Positions 25,713 through 38,559 of a DNA stretch of 64,000 nt are shown here, piece by piece. The notes under the pieces were generated by a model, which ran no database searches, was not told the DNA's origin, and saw only the letters and a program-made list of their open reading frames with translations. The position numbers and the translations under genes were made by a program. This DNA is from Azolla caroliniana. Its lineage: Eukaryota; Plantae; Polypodiophyta. Every line of letters starts with the position of its first letter. Position 1 is the stretch's first letter. The DNA is taken from contig JBHGNT010000005.1 of assembly GCA_043228905.1 (NCBI GenBank), forward strand, positions 19,964,001 through 20,028,000. The letters are read 5' to 3'.

Positions 25713-27721
25713 ATCGCTATGGCACAAGCTCTAGGGGCTTTCGTACCATCTCGTAGTGGAGAGCGTACGGACTTCGGGTTTGTTTCTCGTATCGACAATG
25801 CTCGCAGAAGTCTGTCTTTGCTTGAAGTTTAGGAATGTAGCCAACCGCCATCAGTCGATCAAGTCCGGCTTGAGACATATGGCCAAGTTTTCCATGCCAT
25901 AGGCTTGCGTCAGTTTTTCAGCCACGTTCACAACCCCTTCTTGATTGATTGCCATTAATGGGTACAAGTTATTGATTGTACTTGTGCCCGCCTCCTATCT
26001 TTAGGTTTCCTCGGTTGATCATCCATGTCGACTCACTTAGAGTCGTTCGGTACTCGTCTTCAGCCAACATGCTGATGGAGACCAGACTCCTTTTCAGATG
26101 GGTTATGTGTCGAACTTGGTGCAGGGTGATCATGTTGCCATTGGGCAATCGGATGGGAACCTCTCCGGTCCTTGCAATTCTACACTCTTTCCTGTTGTCT
26201 AGTCGGATTGTGTCGTTGGCGTCGGTTGAATAGTTCGAAAACCATTCAATGTTGGGGGTCACATGGAATATGGCCTCAGAATCCAGTAGCCATGTGTGTG
26301 CATCCTGTGCAGTGTAGACGACTTCTCCAATCATCGAGTCCTCTAAAGAAAGTATTTCTCTTGATCGGGTGTCGGCAACATCGATTTGGTTGCCGATTGG
26401 CCAGTGGTCCGAGTTGGGTCGTCCTCGATTTCACTTAGATCACCAACCACTCTCTTTCCTCTTGATTGAGCAGTAGTCAAAAAAATTGTGGCCAGATTTT
26501 CTACAGTTTGTGCAGAATTCACCTGATCGACTTGTTCTCGACTTTGACCGTTGTCGGTCTCCCTGTGTCTTCGATCGGTTGGTGTTCCGACCGGTTCTGT
26601 TGGCTTGTTCTCTTGTTTGACTCTGTCGGACCTCTATCGAGTGATGGGCTTTTGCCGATTCATCGATGGTGAGTCCCATCGATTTTCGCCGAATGTGCTC
26701 GGTGAGGACTTGGCCGATTGTCTCATCCAGATTTAGGATTGGTCGGCTATTGGCATATGTCGTGTAGAATACCTCCCAACTCGTTGGCAAGCTCGATAGG
26801 AGGGCAAGGGCTTTCACTTCTTCTTCGAAGTTGATCCCTTGTGAGGAGAGTTCTGACAACACCCGGCTGAAGGTGTTGATGTGAGAGGTAGACAGATCGG
26901 TCTCTCTCATCTTCATGTTGAACAGTTGTTTGATCAAGATCAGTTTTGAAGATGAGAACTTTTTCTCGTACACGGTTTGTAGCTTCTCCCATAATGAGAA
27001 CGTTGTCGTCTCTTTTGTCATGTTGAAGTAGACTTTTTTGGCTAGGTGTATTTGAATGGTGGAGCATGCGATTTCATCCATTGATCTCCACTCATCGGTT
27101 GACATTGAAGAAGGCTTTTCGGAGTGTCGAATGGCCTCGACTTGTCTTCGAATAATCAATACATCCTGCATCATCTCCTTCCGTTTTTGTTTTCAAATTT
27201 TCAGATCTCAACTCCTATACTGGGTGTTGATGCCATGATTCTTTTCAAAGTGAGATTTGCTAACCTAGTCTTCTTCTTTTTTTCTTTCAGCCCCTTTTTT
27301 TTTTGGTTGTTTGTTGCCGCCAAGCCGCGGATCGCTCTGATACCAGTTGAAAGACAGATATGCGTGGAAACGTATGTGAGGACCTGTCGGTTATGCTCAA
27401 CAAACAACACAGAGGAAAGGCAAGAAGATATAGACAAATGGTAGGTACACACATATGAAGCTTTAATGGAAGCTCTCTTTATTTATGTTCTCTCTCTCTC
27501 TCAGAGACTCGATGTACAGGATGATCAAGTGATCTCGGCTTTACAACGTTAGGTTATCACTTATATACTAAGCCCTAACTATATGGACGAGTTCACGCTA
27601 GGATACAAAGTGGAAGGAATCAGCCTTTTATGCCAACAATTTGGATCTTTGCACTTGCGTACACCCGTGTATCAACCGGTTGTGGCCGGTATTATCCTCA
27701 TCAAATTGGTATCAGAGTGAG

Positions 27722-30700
27722 ATGGGCGAACATTTTGGTGGAATGTTCAAGATAACCGACTCCAACTACTCAATGTGGACGTCGAAGATGCGGTATATGC
27801 TCGTATGTAAAGATTATGGTTGCCGGTGAAATACGGGAAGACCAAGCCTGACAAGATCGATGCATCGATTTGGGAAGTCATGCATCTTAAGGAAGCAACA
27901 TACATAAGATATTTTATAGAAATGAGTCTATACAACAACTTCAACGGGGAGACTGATGATGAGGTTCTATGGAAGAAGATCGGATTCATGTTCGAGAACA
28001 AGAATGTCGTCAACACAGTATCAGTCTTCCGGAAGATCGTAAGACTTAGGTATCAGGATGGTTCTAGCATGGAGGAGTACCTAAACACATTCCAAGGACT
28101 CATAAACCAAACTACCTTTCTATAAGTATCTCTTGCCGACGAGGTATTTTCATTGTTGTTGCTAAGATCTCTTCCAAATAGCTGGGAAACGTTGGTTGTT
28201 ACATTAGGCAACGCCGGACCGGAAGGGAAACACCTATCCCTAGAGACGGTGAAGTCGAGCTTGTTAAATGAAGAAGCTTGCCGGATGGACAAAGGATCCA
28301 TAACCGACGCAAAGGCCTTAGTCACAAAAGGTGACATGAACCTGGGAGAGGCTAGAATAAAAGTCCCCAGAATCATGAGAAGTCGGGGACGAGGTCAAAG
28401 TCGAGAGAGAGGCCCATGTGCTTCTCTTGTGTGAAGTTAGGGGGAGCTGATTGTTCAAAGCCGAAGAAGATTCCGGACATAAAAGGCACATCAGCGATCG
28501 CGACAAGTGAGGAGGAACTGCTACTGATTAGCAAGCAAAATGAGGTGAACCTTGTCAACGACAAAACGAGTGGATGGTTGATTCTAGAGCGTCATTTCAC
28601 TTGAAACCCCCCAATCAGAAATGCTTCTCATCATATAGAGGCGGAGATCATGGTTTTGTGAAGATGGGGAATGAAGGAGCATGTTGAATCCTCAGTATTG
28701 GAGATGTGTGTTTGATGACATCAATCGGGAGCATATTGATGTTGAAGGATGTGTGACACGTTCCAGAGGTCAGATTGAATCTGATATCAACCGGTTAGCT
28801 AGATGATGAAGGCTACACTGGTAGCATCCGGAACATCACTCTAAAGTTTTGCAAGGGAAGTCTGATTGTGGCCCAAGCCCGGAAGTCCAACAAGCTATAT
28901 TTGATGCATGCTCGACGTTGCAAGGAGGAACGAAATGTGGCAGCTGACACAACCGGTGAGTTGTGGCACAAGAGGCTATGTCACATGAGTCAGAGGGGGA
29001 TGTAGAAGCTTGCCGAGAATAACCTCATCCTAGAGGTGAACAATGTGTGACTTGATAAGTGCACTGATTGCTTGGCCGGCAAGTAGAACAGAGCCTTCTT
29101 TCAATCCAGGCCCCCGATGAGGAAGAAGATGCCACTAGAACTCATGCACACCGATTTATGTTACGTAGATACAAAGTCTCATGCTGGATCACAGTATTTC
29201 GTGACCTTCATAGATGAATGTAACCGGAAGTTGTGGGCTTCCGTATTGAAGATCAAGGACCAGGTGTTGTCAGTTTTCAAGGAGTTCCAAGCAAGAGTCG
29301 AGAGAGAGACCGGCCAGAAATTGAAAGAGGTTCGAGTGGATAATTGTCAGTCAAAAGGAATCCAACTCAAATACATTGTGCCGAAGACGCTACAACTTAA
29401 TGTTAGGAATATGTCCCTCCAATGGGAGGAGCCGACAACTCAGAGAGAGCTGACAGTCGAAGATAGGGAGCAGTTGACTGGTCGAATGAGAGCTGATAGT
29501 CGAGGAGTCAACACAGAGAGAGAGTCGACATGGGGAGTTGACAAGAGTTGATCGAGGACAAAGACACGACCGGCTAGTCAGGCTGACCGGATGGTCGATG
29601 ACCAGGCCGACTAGTCAGACTGATCCGACAGTCGACGGATGAGTCGGCTGATTAACAAGACTATTATTATTATTAGATAATAATAATGGCCATGATTGTA
29701 AATCGCCCATTCTATATATGATAATAAATACACCTAGGGCAAACATGTATGTGCAGAGAACATAATAGGTGTGTGGCTCTATTGTGTAAGTTAGCACAAA
29801 ACATTAGTGTGTGAGAAAGTGAGAGTGAGAAAGAGAGTGGCACCATAGCTAAGTGAGCGTGGACGTCAAGGGCCCGGTGCGGCTGATACAATCGGTTTCA
29901 GAGTGATGTATTGTGTGATCTCACCTTGTACTTCTCTCTGTATAGTGGAATCTCTGTTCCCGTGGTTTTTCTCCATTTAGGGTTTCCACGTAAATCTCTG
30001 TGTATTGTGCATTTGTTGTTTCTATGTGTATTGTGTTTCAGAATCGGTTGTCCTCAGAAATCATAGGGATCAAATCCCGTCACTTAACGGGTTGCCCAAG
30101 AGAATGAACTTAATCGTCATGGAGAGAGTGTGGAGCATGCCTGCACATGCAAAACTATCCAAGATGTTTTGGGCTGAGGCGCTAATGATAGTGGTTTATG
30201 TGATAAATAGATCACCCTTAGTACCCTGGGATGGAGATATTCCACAAAGGGTGTGGACCGGCAAAGACATTTCCTACAGGCATTTGAGGGTGTTTGGTTG
30301 TCTTGCCTATGTGCATGTTTCAAAGGACCAAAGGGGAAATTTGGACCCAAAAACTTGGCCATGCATATTTCTAGGATACGGTGACAACGAATTCAGTTAC
30401 CGGCTATGGGACTTAACCGAGAGGAAGGTGATCCGGAGCCAAGACATGGCCTTCATGGAGGAGAAGACTATTGCCGACTGGGAGAAGGAGAAGTCAGGAA
30501 CATTCTCCTAGCTTGTCGGAAGTCGAATACCGATTGAAGCAGAAGAGGAAGAACCTAGCAATCCGGTTGATGAGAACAGAGGAAGAAGATACCCTCTAAG
30601 GAATAGAAGGCCCCCCGATGATTTCCGAAAAAGGAATATGTGCTGTTAATCGATGAGGGGGGGGCGGAAAGCTTCAAGGACGCAAAGAGGGACACCCATA

Positions 30701-32200
30701 GTAGATAATGGCTAAGTGTCATGCAGGACGAAATGGATTCCTTGTATGAGAACCACTCATATGAGTTGATGAAGTTACCAAAAGGAAAGAGGGCACTCCA
30801 AAACAAGTTGGTGTATAAACTAAAACCAAGAGATGGCAGAAATCCACCCAGGTATAAAGCCCGCATTGTGGTGAAGGGCTTCCAACACAAGAAAGGACTG
30901 GATTTCGATGAGATTTTTGCCCCGATAGTAAAGATGACATCCATTCAGATGGTGATGAGCATAGCGGCCAGCGTGGACCTTGAAGTCGAACAATTGGATG
31001 TCCAGACGACCTTTTTGCATGGAGATCTTGAAGATGAGATATATATGCAGCAACCAGAAGGATTCGTTGAAAAGGGGAAGGAGAACTGAAGAAGACTCTT
31101 TATGAACTAAAGTAGGCGCCCTAGCAGTGGTACCGAAAGTTCGAATCCTTCATGGCCAACCAAGGGTATCACAAGACACAAGTCGACCATTGCGTGTTTG
31201 TGAACAAGTTCAGCGGAGGAGACTTCGTCATCCACCTGTTGTACGTGGACGATATGTTGATCGTCGGACGGGACCATATCAAGATTGGAATGTTGAAGAA
31301 GGCCTTGAGCAGGTCATTCTCAATGAAGGATATGGGTCTAGCAAGTCAAATCCTGGGAATGCACATTTTCCAAGACTGAACAAAGCGGCAATTGTGGCTG
31401 TCACAGGAGAAGTACGTAACAAAAGTGCTCTAGAGGTTCAACATGGAAAGCACGAAGTCGGTTGGCCTAACACTGCCGACCAACAGCAAGCTATCTAGTA
31501 GACAATGTCTGAAGATGAAGATGAAGAAGACTAAGATGATGAAGGTTCCCTATGCCTCAACAATCGAAAGCCTAATGTATGCGATGGTATGTACCAAGTC
31601 AGACATCAGATACAGAATCGGCGTCATCATCCGATTTATGAGCAATCTGGGTAGAGAGCATTGGGTTGCACTCAAGTGGATACTCCGGTACCTAAGAGGC
31701 ACCACGAGTATGTGCCTCCGATTCAGCTCAAGTAACCCCTTTGTTTTACTAATTCGGGCATGTCAACTGATGTGGATACCCATCGGTCCACATCTGGATA
31801 TGTCATGAGTTATGCAAGGGGAGCCTTCTCGTGGCAGTCGAGGTTGTAGAAGACCATGGCGTTGTCAACCATGGAAGCGGAGTACATGGCAATTGTAGAA
31901 GCCGGCAAGGAAATTATTTGGATGAAGGAATTTAATATTGGAGAGTTGGGGATTCAACAAGAAAATTTCCAACTCTACTACGACAACCAAAGTGTCATCA
32001 ACCTTGCGAAGAATGTTTCCTACCACTTGAGGACCAAGCACATCCAAAAAGATAGCATTGGCTCCATGAGAAGGGCTTTGCTCTTATGAAGATCCACATC
32101 GCGGAGAACAGATCAGACGTGCTGACGAAAGTGTTGTCGGCATAAAAGTTCGATACATGCCGGAGACGGGTCAAATTGACGAAGCACCCCATGCCTGAGT
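27722..32200 (+). pseudogene. Disrupted gag-pol of Copia A
   Basis: LLRSLPNSWE, LELMHTDLC, YRHLRVFGC, YKARIVVKGF, LLYVDDML, ALSTMEAEY fragments in Copia order (INT before RT), many stops. Confidence 0.9.
29401..30082 (+). mobile_element. Solo LTR inserted in the integrase of Copia A
   Basis: TG..CA ends; perfect 5-bp TSD cttaa; removal restores TLQLNGL..RMN; start tgtt..gtccctcc..atggga resembles the A and E LTRs. Confidence 0.88.
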
Positions 32201-32775
32201 GAAGAGGGAGTTTATTGTGAAACAGGCCCCTCCAGATGGGAAGTAAAGCATGAGCCGGACTGGATTCCGGAGAACCAACTATGGATAGGACGAGCTAGTA
32301 CCAGATGGGAAGCAGAGCACAAAACAGATCAGTTGGATCCAAGGAAGAAGAAAAACCGGATCCATATAGGTATTCGGAAAAGGTCATATTTGTAAATAGG
32401 TTTTAATGTGCCTATTGGCCAAAATTGTAAATAGCCCTAAAGTTGTATTAGTATAAATACAACTTGGGAACATCAGTATGGATAGTTGATGTTGGTTGTC
32501 TTGTAACTAAGTGAGTGTAAGTGAAAGAGAGTGAGTGAGACAGTGAGAGTGTCTCCTTTGTAACCATCGGTCTTACGAAGAAGAGCTCAAGGAAGTTGCC
32601 TTGCAGTTTCTTGTTGTATTCCTTTTCTTTTTCCCTTTAGTGATATAGTTTGGAGTTTGTGGACTCTCGTGGTTTTTCCCTTTTAGGGTTTTCCACGTAA
32701 AAATACTTGTTCTCTGTACTTTTGTTTTTCTGTCATTTGGATCTTTGCACTCACGTACGCATGTGTATCAACCGG

Positions 32776-35700
32776 TGTCGTGAAGATTCTGGGCCATTGT
32801 GAGAAACCGGGGAATATAAGAAGAATCGGCAGGATGGAGCATGTGCACTCACCCTTGTACAAATCGTGTAAATGATCGGGGCGCCATCATGACGCCGAAC
32901 AATAGTTAATTCTGGACAGAGGATCCCATGTAATAAGGGATTTGTCCTACATTGTTACGCATCCCTCTCCTTGTTCTATAAAAGGAAGGGAGTGCCCTTT
33001 GTAAAAGGGTTGCCCATTTTTTGAGTCATAAGGGTAAATACCATTTTGGTTAAGAATTTTCTAGGGTTAGTAACTTCTTGGTAATCTTCTTCTTCTCCTT
33101 CTTGAGAAGTGGGGCGTCGCGGCCATGGCGGCAAAGCGTTGTTAGGGTTGTATCTTTCCCCTTTACATATATATACTTTGTCTTTTTTTCGTCGTGGTGT
33201 AGGGGTGCGTTGTCTCTGTTTCCTGTTAGGGTTTTAGTGTCTTCTGTGTGGGTGCGTGGGTGGTGTGTTAGGTTGTGGCAGGTGGCGTGCGGACTGTTTG
33301 TGCTTTCCCCGAGTTCTTGCTCATTGGCTCTCAGCACTCCGTTGTCTGGCATGTCTACGAGTGTGTGTGTAGGTGTTGGCTTATGTCGCTTATACAGAGC
33401 CTACGCACTAGGTGGTTCGCTAGCAGGTCTCCCTCCTTGGTGCGGAAGACCCCACTCGGTACAGCGAGCCCGTGCGCTCCCCGAAGGCGGCTTGGCACAG
33501 GAGGCGGTCGTTCTGGAAGAGGCGTGCCCTACACGAGGGTCCCGTTGCGCGAACGAGCCCGAGAGCTCCCCGACCGGCCCTAGGATGCAGGCTCCTTCTT
33601 CCTCCCCGTGTGGAACTGGCATCACCGCAACCATTGCGTGTGTAAGTGCGTGTATGTCTCCGGTTAGCATAGGGTCCGGGTGCGTGGGTGGTCGCCGATG
33701 TAGAGGTGCCAGTTGTAACCAGGTGTGTATATGCGTGTGTGCGTGCATGCGGACACAGTTAACCAGGCCATGTCCCGCGCCTCTTTTGGGCCCCTTGTAC
33801 ATACGGACAAAAGGGGTGACAAGGACAAGGGCGCGCTCCCTCACTTCCCATGCGGTTACCGGTCACGTCTGGAGAGTATCCAGGATCAAACCGGTCGGCA
33901 ACGCGGCAAGCTCCGGAGGATTCGGGTCCCTGGCAACTCCTCCCCTCCTGGTCCACGACCCTGGTGGTCTTGCCTAGATCCGACATGCAAGCGCGAAATT
34001 CCGTGACATATTTGGTGAACCCGACATGAAGGGCAGCAAGGGAGGATGGAGTTCGAGGCCGAAGACTTCGAGAAGGAGAGTTGAGAAGTGGCGCATCGAG
34101 ATGGGCGAAGTTGAAGAAGTCGACCGTCACAACAGGGACGGAGTCCCACGAGTTTCACCGAAGGCTCAACCGTCCGGCATAAAGAAGAGGAGCTCTGAGC
34201 AGCTCACAAAGCGCGGTCACCCAGAGGCGAAACGAAGGTGGCGTGCGATGGTGCAACATCACAGGAGGAAGAGGGCGTGCGGACAAGACGGACGTGGTCG
34301 AGCCGGAGGCCAAGCGGGGCACGACGGTGCCGATACGGGAGAGGGTGTGGGACGAGCCGCCCTCTTTTACATGGGGAGAAAGACCGACCGGGCGAAGGTC
34401 GTGAATTGAAAGGAAGATGATCGAGGGTGTGGAATGAGTTCGGTAGGATCAGCATCGGAGCCGAAACTCCAGACATTAGAGAATCAAGCCCAGGCGGGGC
34501 TTGATCGATCACAGAGCGGATGCTTTCCGCCGACACCACTAAAAGGGTCGGTGGCCCCGGAGGAGTCGTTACGAAATTGGTGTCCCCACATCTTGACCGG
34601 AGACTTCGGCAGTTCGGCCGGCATGGCAACGTGAGACCGAAAGAGATGGAAGATGGAGGCAGGAGCACAGCAAGGAGAGCAACGACGAGTTCAGGAGAAG
34701 TACAAGGGAGGAGGCGAAGAACGAAGACCGGTCCTATGGGTCACCTCACACCGGATCTAGAGACTTCGGCAATCAGCATCAGATCCGATGTAAGACCAAG
34801 ATACTGACGGTGGCCGCAGGAGAACGGGACCCGAAATGCGGAGTGATGGATGGACCCTGACGAGAACCAGGTGGAGCGGACTTCCGAATAACCGATCCGG
34901 AAGGGAGGAAGAGGCAGGCCTACGGAGAAGCCGGGAACATTGTACGTCGGTACCACTGGAGAGGGTGTGGAGCGAGCCACCCTCTCGACAAGCGGAGAAG
35001 GAAGACCCCAGATAGGGTCGGAAAAAGGAGGCCCGAGAAGGATCCTTCACACCGGTTCTAGAGACTCTGGTAGTCGGCCTGGGAACCGGCGTGAGACCTA
35101 GAGTGACGAACGGTGGCAGCAAGGGGATGAAGGCAAAGGATTGCGGATGGGCGGTCTACGGCGATCCTTACACCGATCTGGAGACTCTGGCAGCCGGCAA
35201 CGAGAGCCGGCGTGAGACCTAGAGAGATGGACGGTGGCGGCAGGTGAACCAGATCAGGTAGAAGGGCCGGAGCGAGACGGCAAAGGGGGAGGTAGACACT
35301 CACACTGATCCGGAGACTCCGGCAGCCGACAACGAGAGCCGGCGTGAGACCTAGAGAGATGGACGGTGGCGGCAGGAGAACGTGATCGGACAACGGAAAG
35401 CGGAACAAAGAGCAAAAGGAGGTATAAGGCCAGAGACACTGCCATGAACCGGATACGGACCCGAGCGGAAGAGTCGGCAAGACGAAGATCGGACGTGCTC
35501 GGTGCACGAGTCGGTGACCCGACAAATTGGAGGCCCAAGAAGGATCCTTCACACTTGTCTGAAGACCCCAGCAGTTCGACCAACGTGGCAATGTGAGACC
35601 GAGGGTAAAGGAAGGTGGCGGCAAGGTGACAAAGGTGGTAATAGCAAAAACATCGAATGGTCGAGGCGTCACGCGAACGAAGGAGGCCATGCGGGCCGGA

Positions 35701-37979
35701 ACGTGGCAAGGGTGATCTTCGAGTAAGCTGTCGGGGACACCCCATCAAGGAGTGGTGCGCCAAGCCGGAAAGGGGCACCGAAAGCAGATCGAAAGACGTA
35801 TGTGTGGCCATCGAGGGCCAAATCAAAGCACAGGTACGGGATGGCGTTCGACACAGGCGGTGCCAAACAAGGACGGCGGAAGACGGCACATGGTGGTGCC
35901 AGGAACGAGAACACGAGCACATAACAGACTACGCGGATTGGAGACCGGAAACAAGATCGAGGGCCGGAGAAGGATCCTCCACACCCGCTTCAGAGATCTC
36001 AGAGTGGCAACAACTGGCGTGGCAAGCCAAACCCGAGATAACAAGCTGGTGGGGGCAAGGGGACGACGGCAAGCGAAAGGCTTTGAACCGGTGGCGGCAG
36101 TGCAAGACGAAAGAAGCCAAGCGGGCTACCAGGAGGTGTTCCTCGTACAGGGAGGACACCGGTATGCAGAGAAGCGACGATGCACGATCTGGCCGGGCGA
36201 GGGCAGACGACGCGTGCATGGGAAGTAACTAGAGTTCGGCACAGGCGGAGCCGAACATGGGAAGGGGATGCACGGCACACAGAGGTGCCAGAGCGGGAAT
36301 ACATGCGCGAAGATGGGTTTCCGATTCAGGTGATCTCGCATTGAAGGCAGGAGAGGGATCCTCCACACCGGTTCCAGAGACATTGGCAGTTCGGTTGCCC
36401 TGGCAACGTAAGACCAAGGAGAAGGAAGGTGGCGGCGAGGGGACGAAGGTCGTGGAGATCAGCGCGGAACGAGAAGCGTGCATGCGGTCAACAGAAGGGG
36501 CAACGGGGAAGCACGCACACTACGGGATCACGGCGAATGACCTATCAGCGGGTCGAACAAGCCTACATGGAGGCAAACGCGGAGAAGGAACCGGAGCCGA
36601 CGGTTCGGACCGGCGAGGCCAACGCAGCAGTCGGAATGCGGATTACAGAAGACCAGTTCCTCACCGGTCTGAATTTCTCACCCTTCTCCGAACTTGGCAC
36701 GTAAAGGTGGACATGCGGTTTGGTGGGGGCGGATGTCGTGAAGATTCCGGGCCATGGTGAGAAACCGGGGAATATCAGAAGAATCGGCGAGGTGGAGCAT
36801 GTGCACTCACCCTTGTACAAATCGTGTAAATGATAGGGACGTCATCATGGCGCCAGACAAAATTTAATTTGGGATAGAGGATCCATGTAATAAGGGATTT
36901 ATCCCCCATTGTTACGCATCCCTCTCCTTGTTCTATAAAAGGAAGGGAGTGCCCTTTGTAAAAGGGTTGCCCATTTTTTGAGTCATAAGGGTATACCATT
37001 TTGGTTAAGAATTTCCGAGGGTTAGTAACTTATTGGTAATCTTCTTCTTCTCCTTCTTGAGAAGTGGGGTGTCGCCGCCATGGCAGCAAAGCGTTGTTAG
37101 GGTTGTATCTTTCCCCTTTACATATATATACTTTGTCTTTTTTTCGTCGTGGTGTAGGGGTGCGTTGTCTCTGTTTCCTGTTAGGGTTTCAATGTCTTCT
37201 GTGTGGGTGCATGGGTGGTGTGTTAGGTTGTGGCAGGTGGCGTGCGGACTGTCTGTGCTTTCCCCGAGTTCCTGCTCGTTGGCTCTTAGCACTCCGTTGT
37301 CCATCATGTCTGCGAGTGTGTGTGTGTGTGTGTAGGTGTTGGTTTCTGTCGCTTATACAAAGCCTGCGCGCTAGGTGGTTCGCTGGCAGGTCTCCCTCCT
37401 TGGTGCGCAAGACCCCAATCGGTTCAACGAGCCCGTGCACTCCCCGAAAGCGGCTTGGCACAGGAGGCGCTCGTTTTGGAAGAGGCGTGCCCTGCACGAG
37501 AGTCCCGTTGTGCGGACGAGCCTGAGGGCTCCCCGACTGGCCCTAGGATGCAGGCTCCTTCTTCCTCCCCGTGTGGAACTGGCATCGTCGCGACCATTGC
37601 GTGTGTAGGTGCGTGTACATCTCCGGTTAGCATAGGGTCTGGGTGTGTGGGTGGTTGCCGGTGTAGAGGTGTCGGTTGTAACCGGGTGTGTATATGCGTG
37701 TGTGCGTGCGGGCGGGCGGGCAGGCGCAATTAACCGGGCCGTGTCCCGCGCCTCTTTTGGGCCCCTTGTACATACGGACGAAAGGGGCAGCAAGGACAAG
37801 GGCGCACTCCCTCGCTTCCCGTGCAGTTATTGGTCACGTCCGGAGAGTATCCGGGATCGAACCGGTCAGCAATGCGGCAAGCTCCGGAGGATTCAGGTTC
37901 CCAGCAACTCCTCCCCTCCTGGTCCATGACCCTGGTGGTCCCGCCCGGATCCGACATGCAAGCGCCGAATTCCGCAACA
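32776..37979 (+). mobile_element. Non-autonomous LTR element D (LARD-like) inserted in the 3' LTR of A
   Basis: ~1.2-kb LTRs 32776-34008 and 36734-37979; 4-bp TSD ccgg; PBS tggtgaacccgacatgaa; gcggtttggtgggggcgga before the 3' LTR; no recognisable gag/pol in the 2.7-kb interior. Confidence 0.9.
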
Positions 37980-38559
37980 CCGGTTGTGGCCGGTAGTATC
38001 CTCATCAAAAATAAGCTCAAGATGTTGGAAGATGTCATGGCAGGAGACATTAATTATAAGCACGATTAGTTGGGTTTAAAAATTGAAAATGTCTATCGAC
38101 TTGTACATGTATGTTTACATTACAAGTTGGATACAAATGATAACCAATGAATATTAATATTAAGCAAAGAATTGTTTAACGACACTTAACCACATTGACC
38201 ACCCCCAAGCAAAAAACAAGAGACCAACATAAAATGCCATCAAATACTACCTTACATTATACCTTGGAAGTTACTAAACATATTCAAGAGAAAATAGCTT
38301 TGCTTTATCAAAAGAATTGGTAAATGCCTCAAGATATTGTAATGAAGCGGTTAGCTAGTCGTAAGATCCTTCGGTTCCCAAATCTCCATATGTACCCATG
38401 TGTTAGAAGCACTTATGGGTTTGTCCCAAATCCTAGCATAACTAGTGTATCTTTTTTTTTTGTAAAAGCGCACAATTATATTAATTGTATGTAAAATCCA
38501 CTTGTTACAACACTTTTTAGTCTCCTCTACCTATCTATGCTATGTGGGGGGGAGGGGGG

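Larger units (their letters stand above)
13877..27638 (-). mobile_element. Ty1/Copia element B inserted in the 5' LTR of A
   Basis: LTRs 13877-14188 and 27348-27638; perfect 5-bp TSD atttg; PBS (rc gctctgatacca) 27334-27345; PPT (rc aactcccccg) after 14188; broken gag (CTNCRKSGH), protease, integrase (FRVFGC, YRLWDP), RT (QLDVK, LKKSLY, LYDDDML) and RNase H (KHIEVRYH). Confidence 0.93.
13338..38007 (+). mobile_element. Ty1/Copia element A (Tnt1/Tork-like), degenerate, host of nested insertions
   Basis: 5' LTR 13338-13876 + 27639-27703; 3' LTR 32213-32775 + 37980-38007; PBS tggtatcagag (tRNA-iMet) at ~27707; PPT gaagagggag 32201-32210; TSD gaaat/aaaat. Confidence 0.9.

Noticed and set aside
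33078-33977. 299-aa ORF in the LTR of D
   Set aside because: Broken in the second LTR copy, no domain recognised, expected in GC-rich DNA
34580-36445. CRISPR-like repeat/spacer array
   Set aside because: Eukaryotic context, long degenerate repeats, irregular spacers and no cas genes; kept as a TE-internal repeat finding
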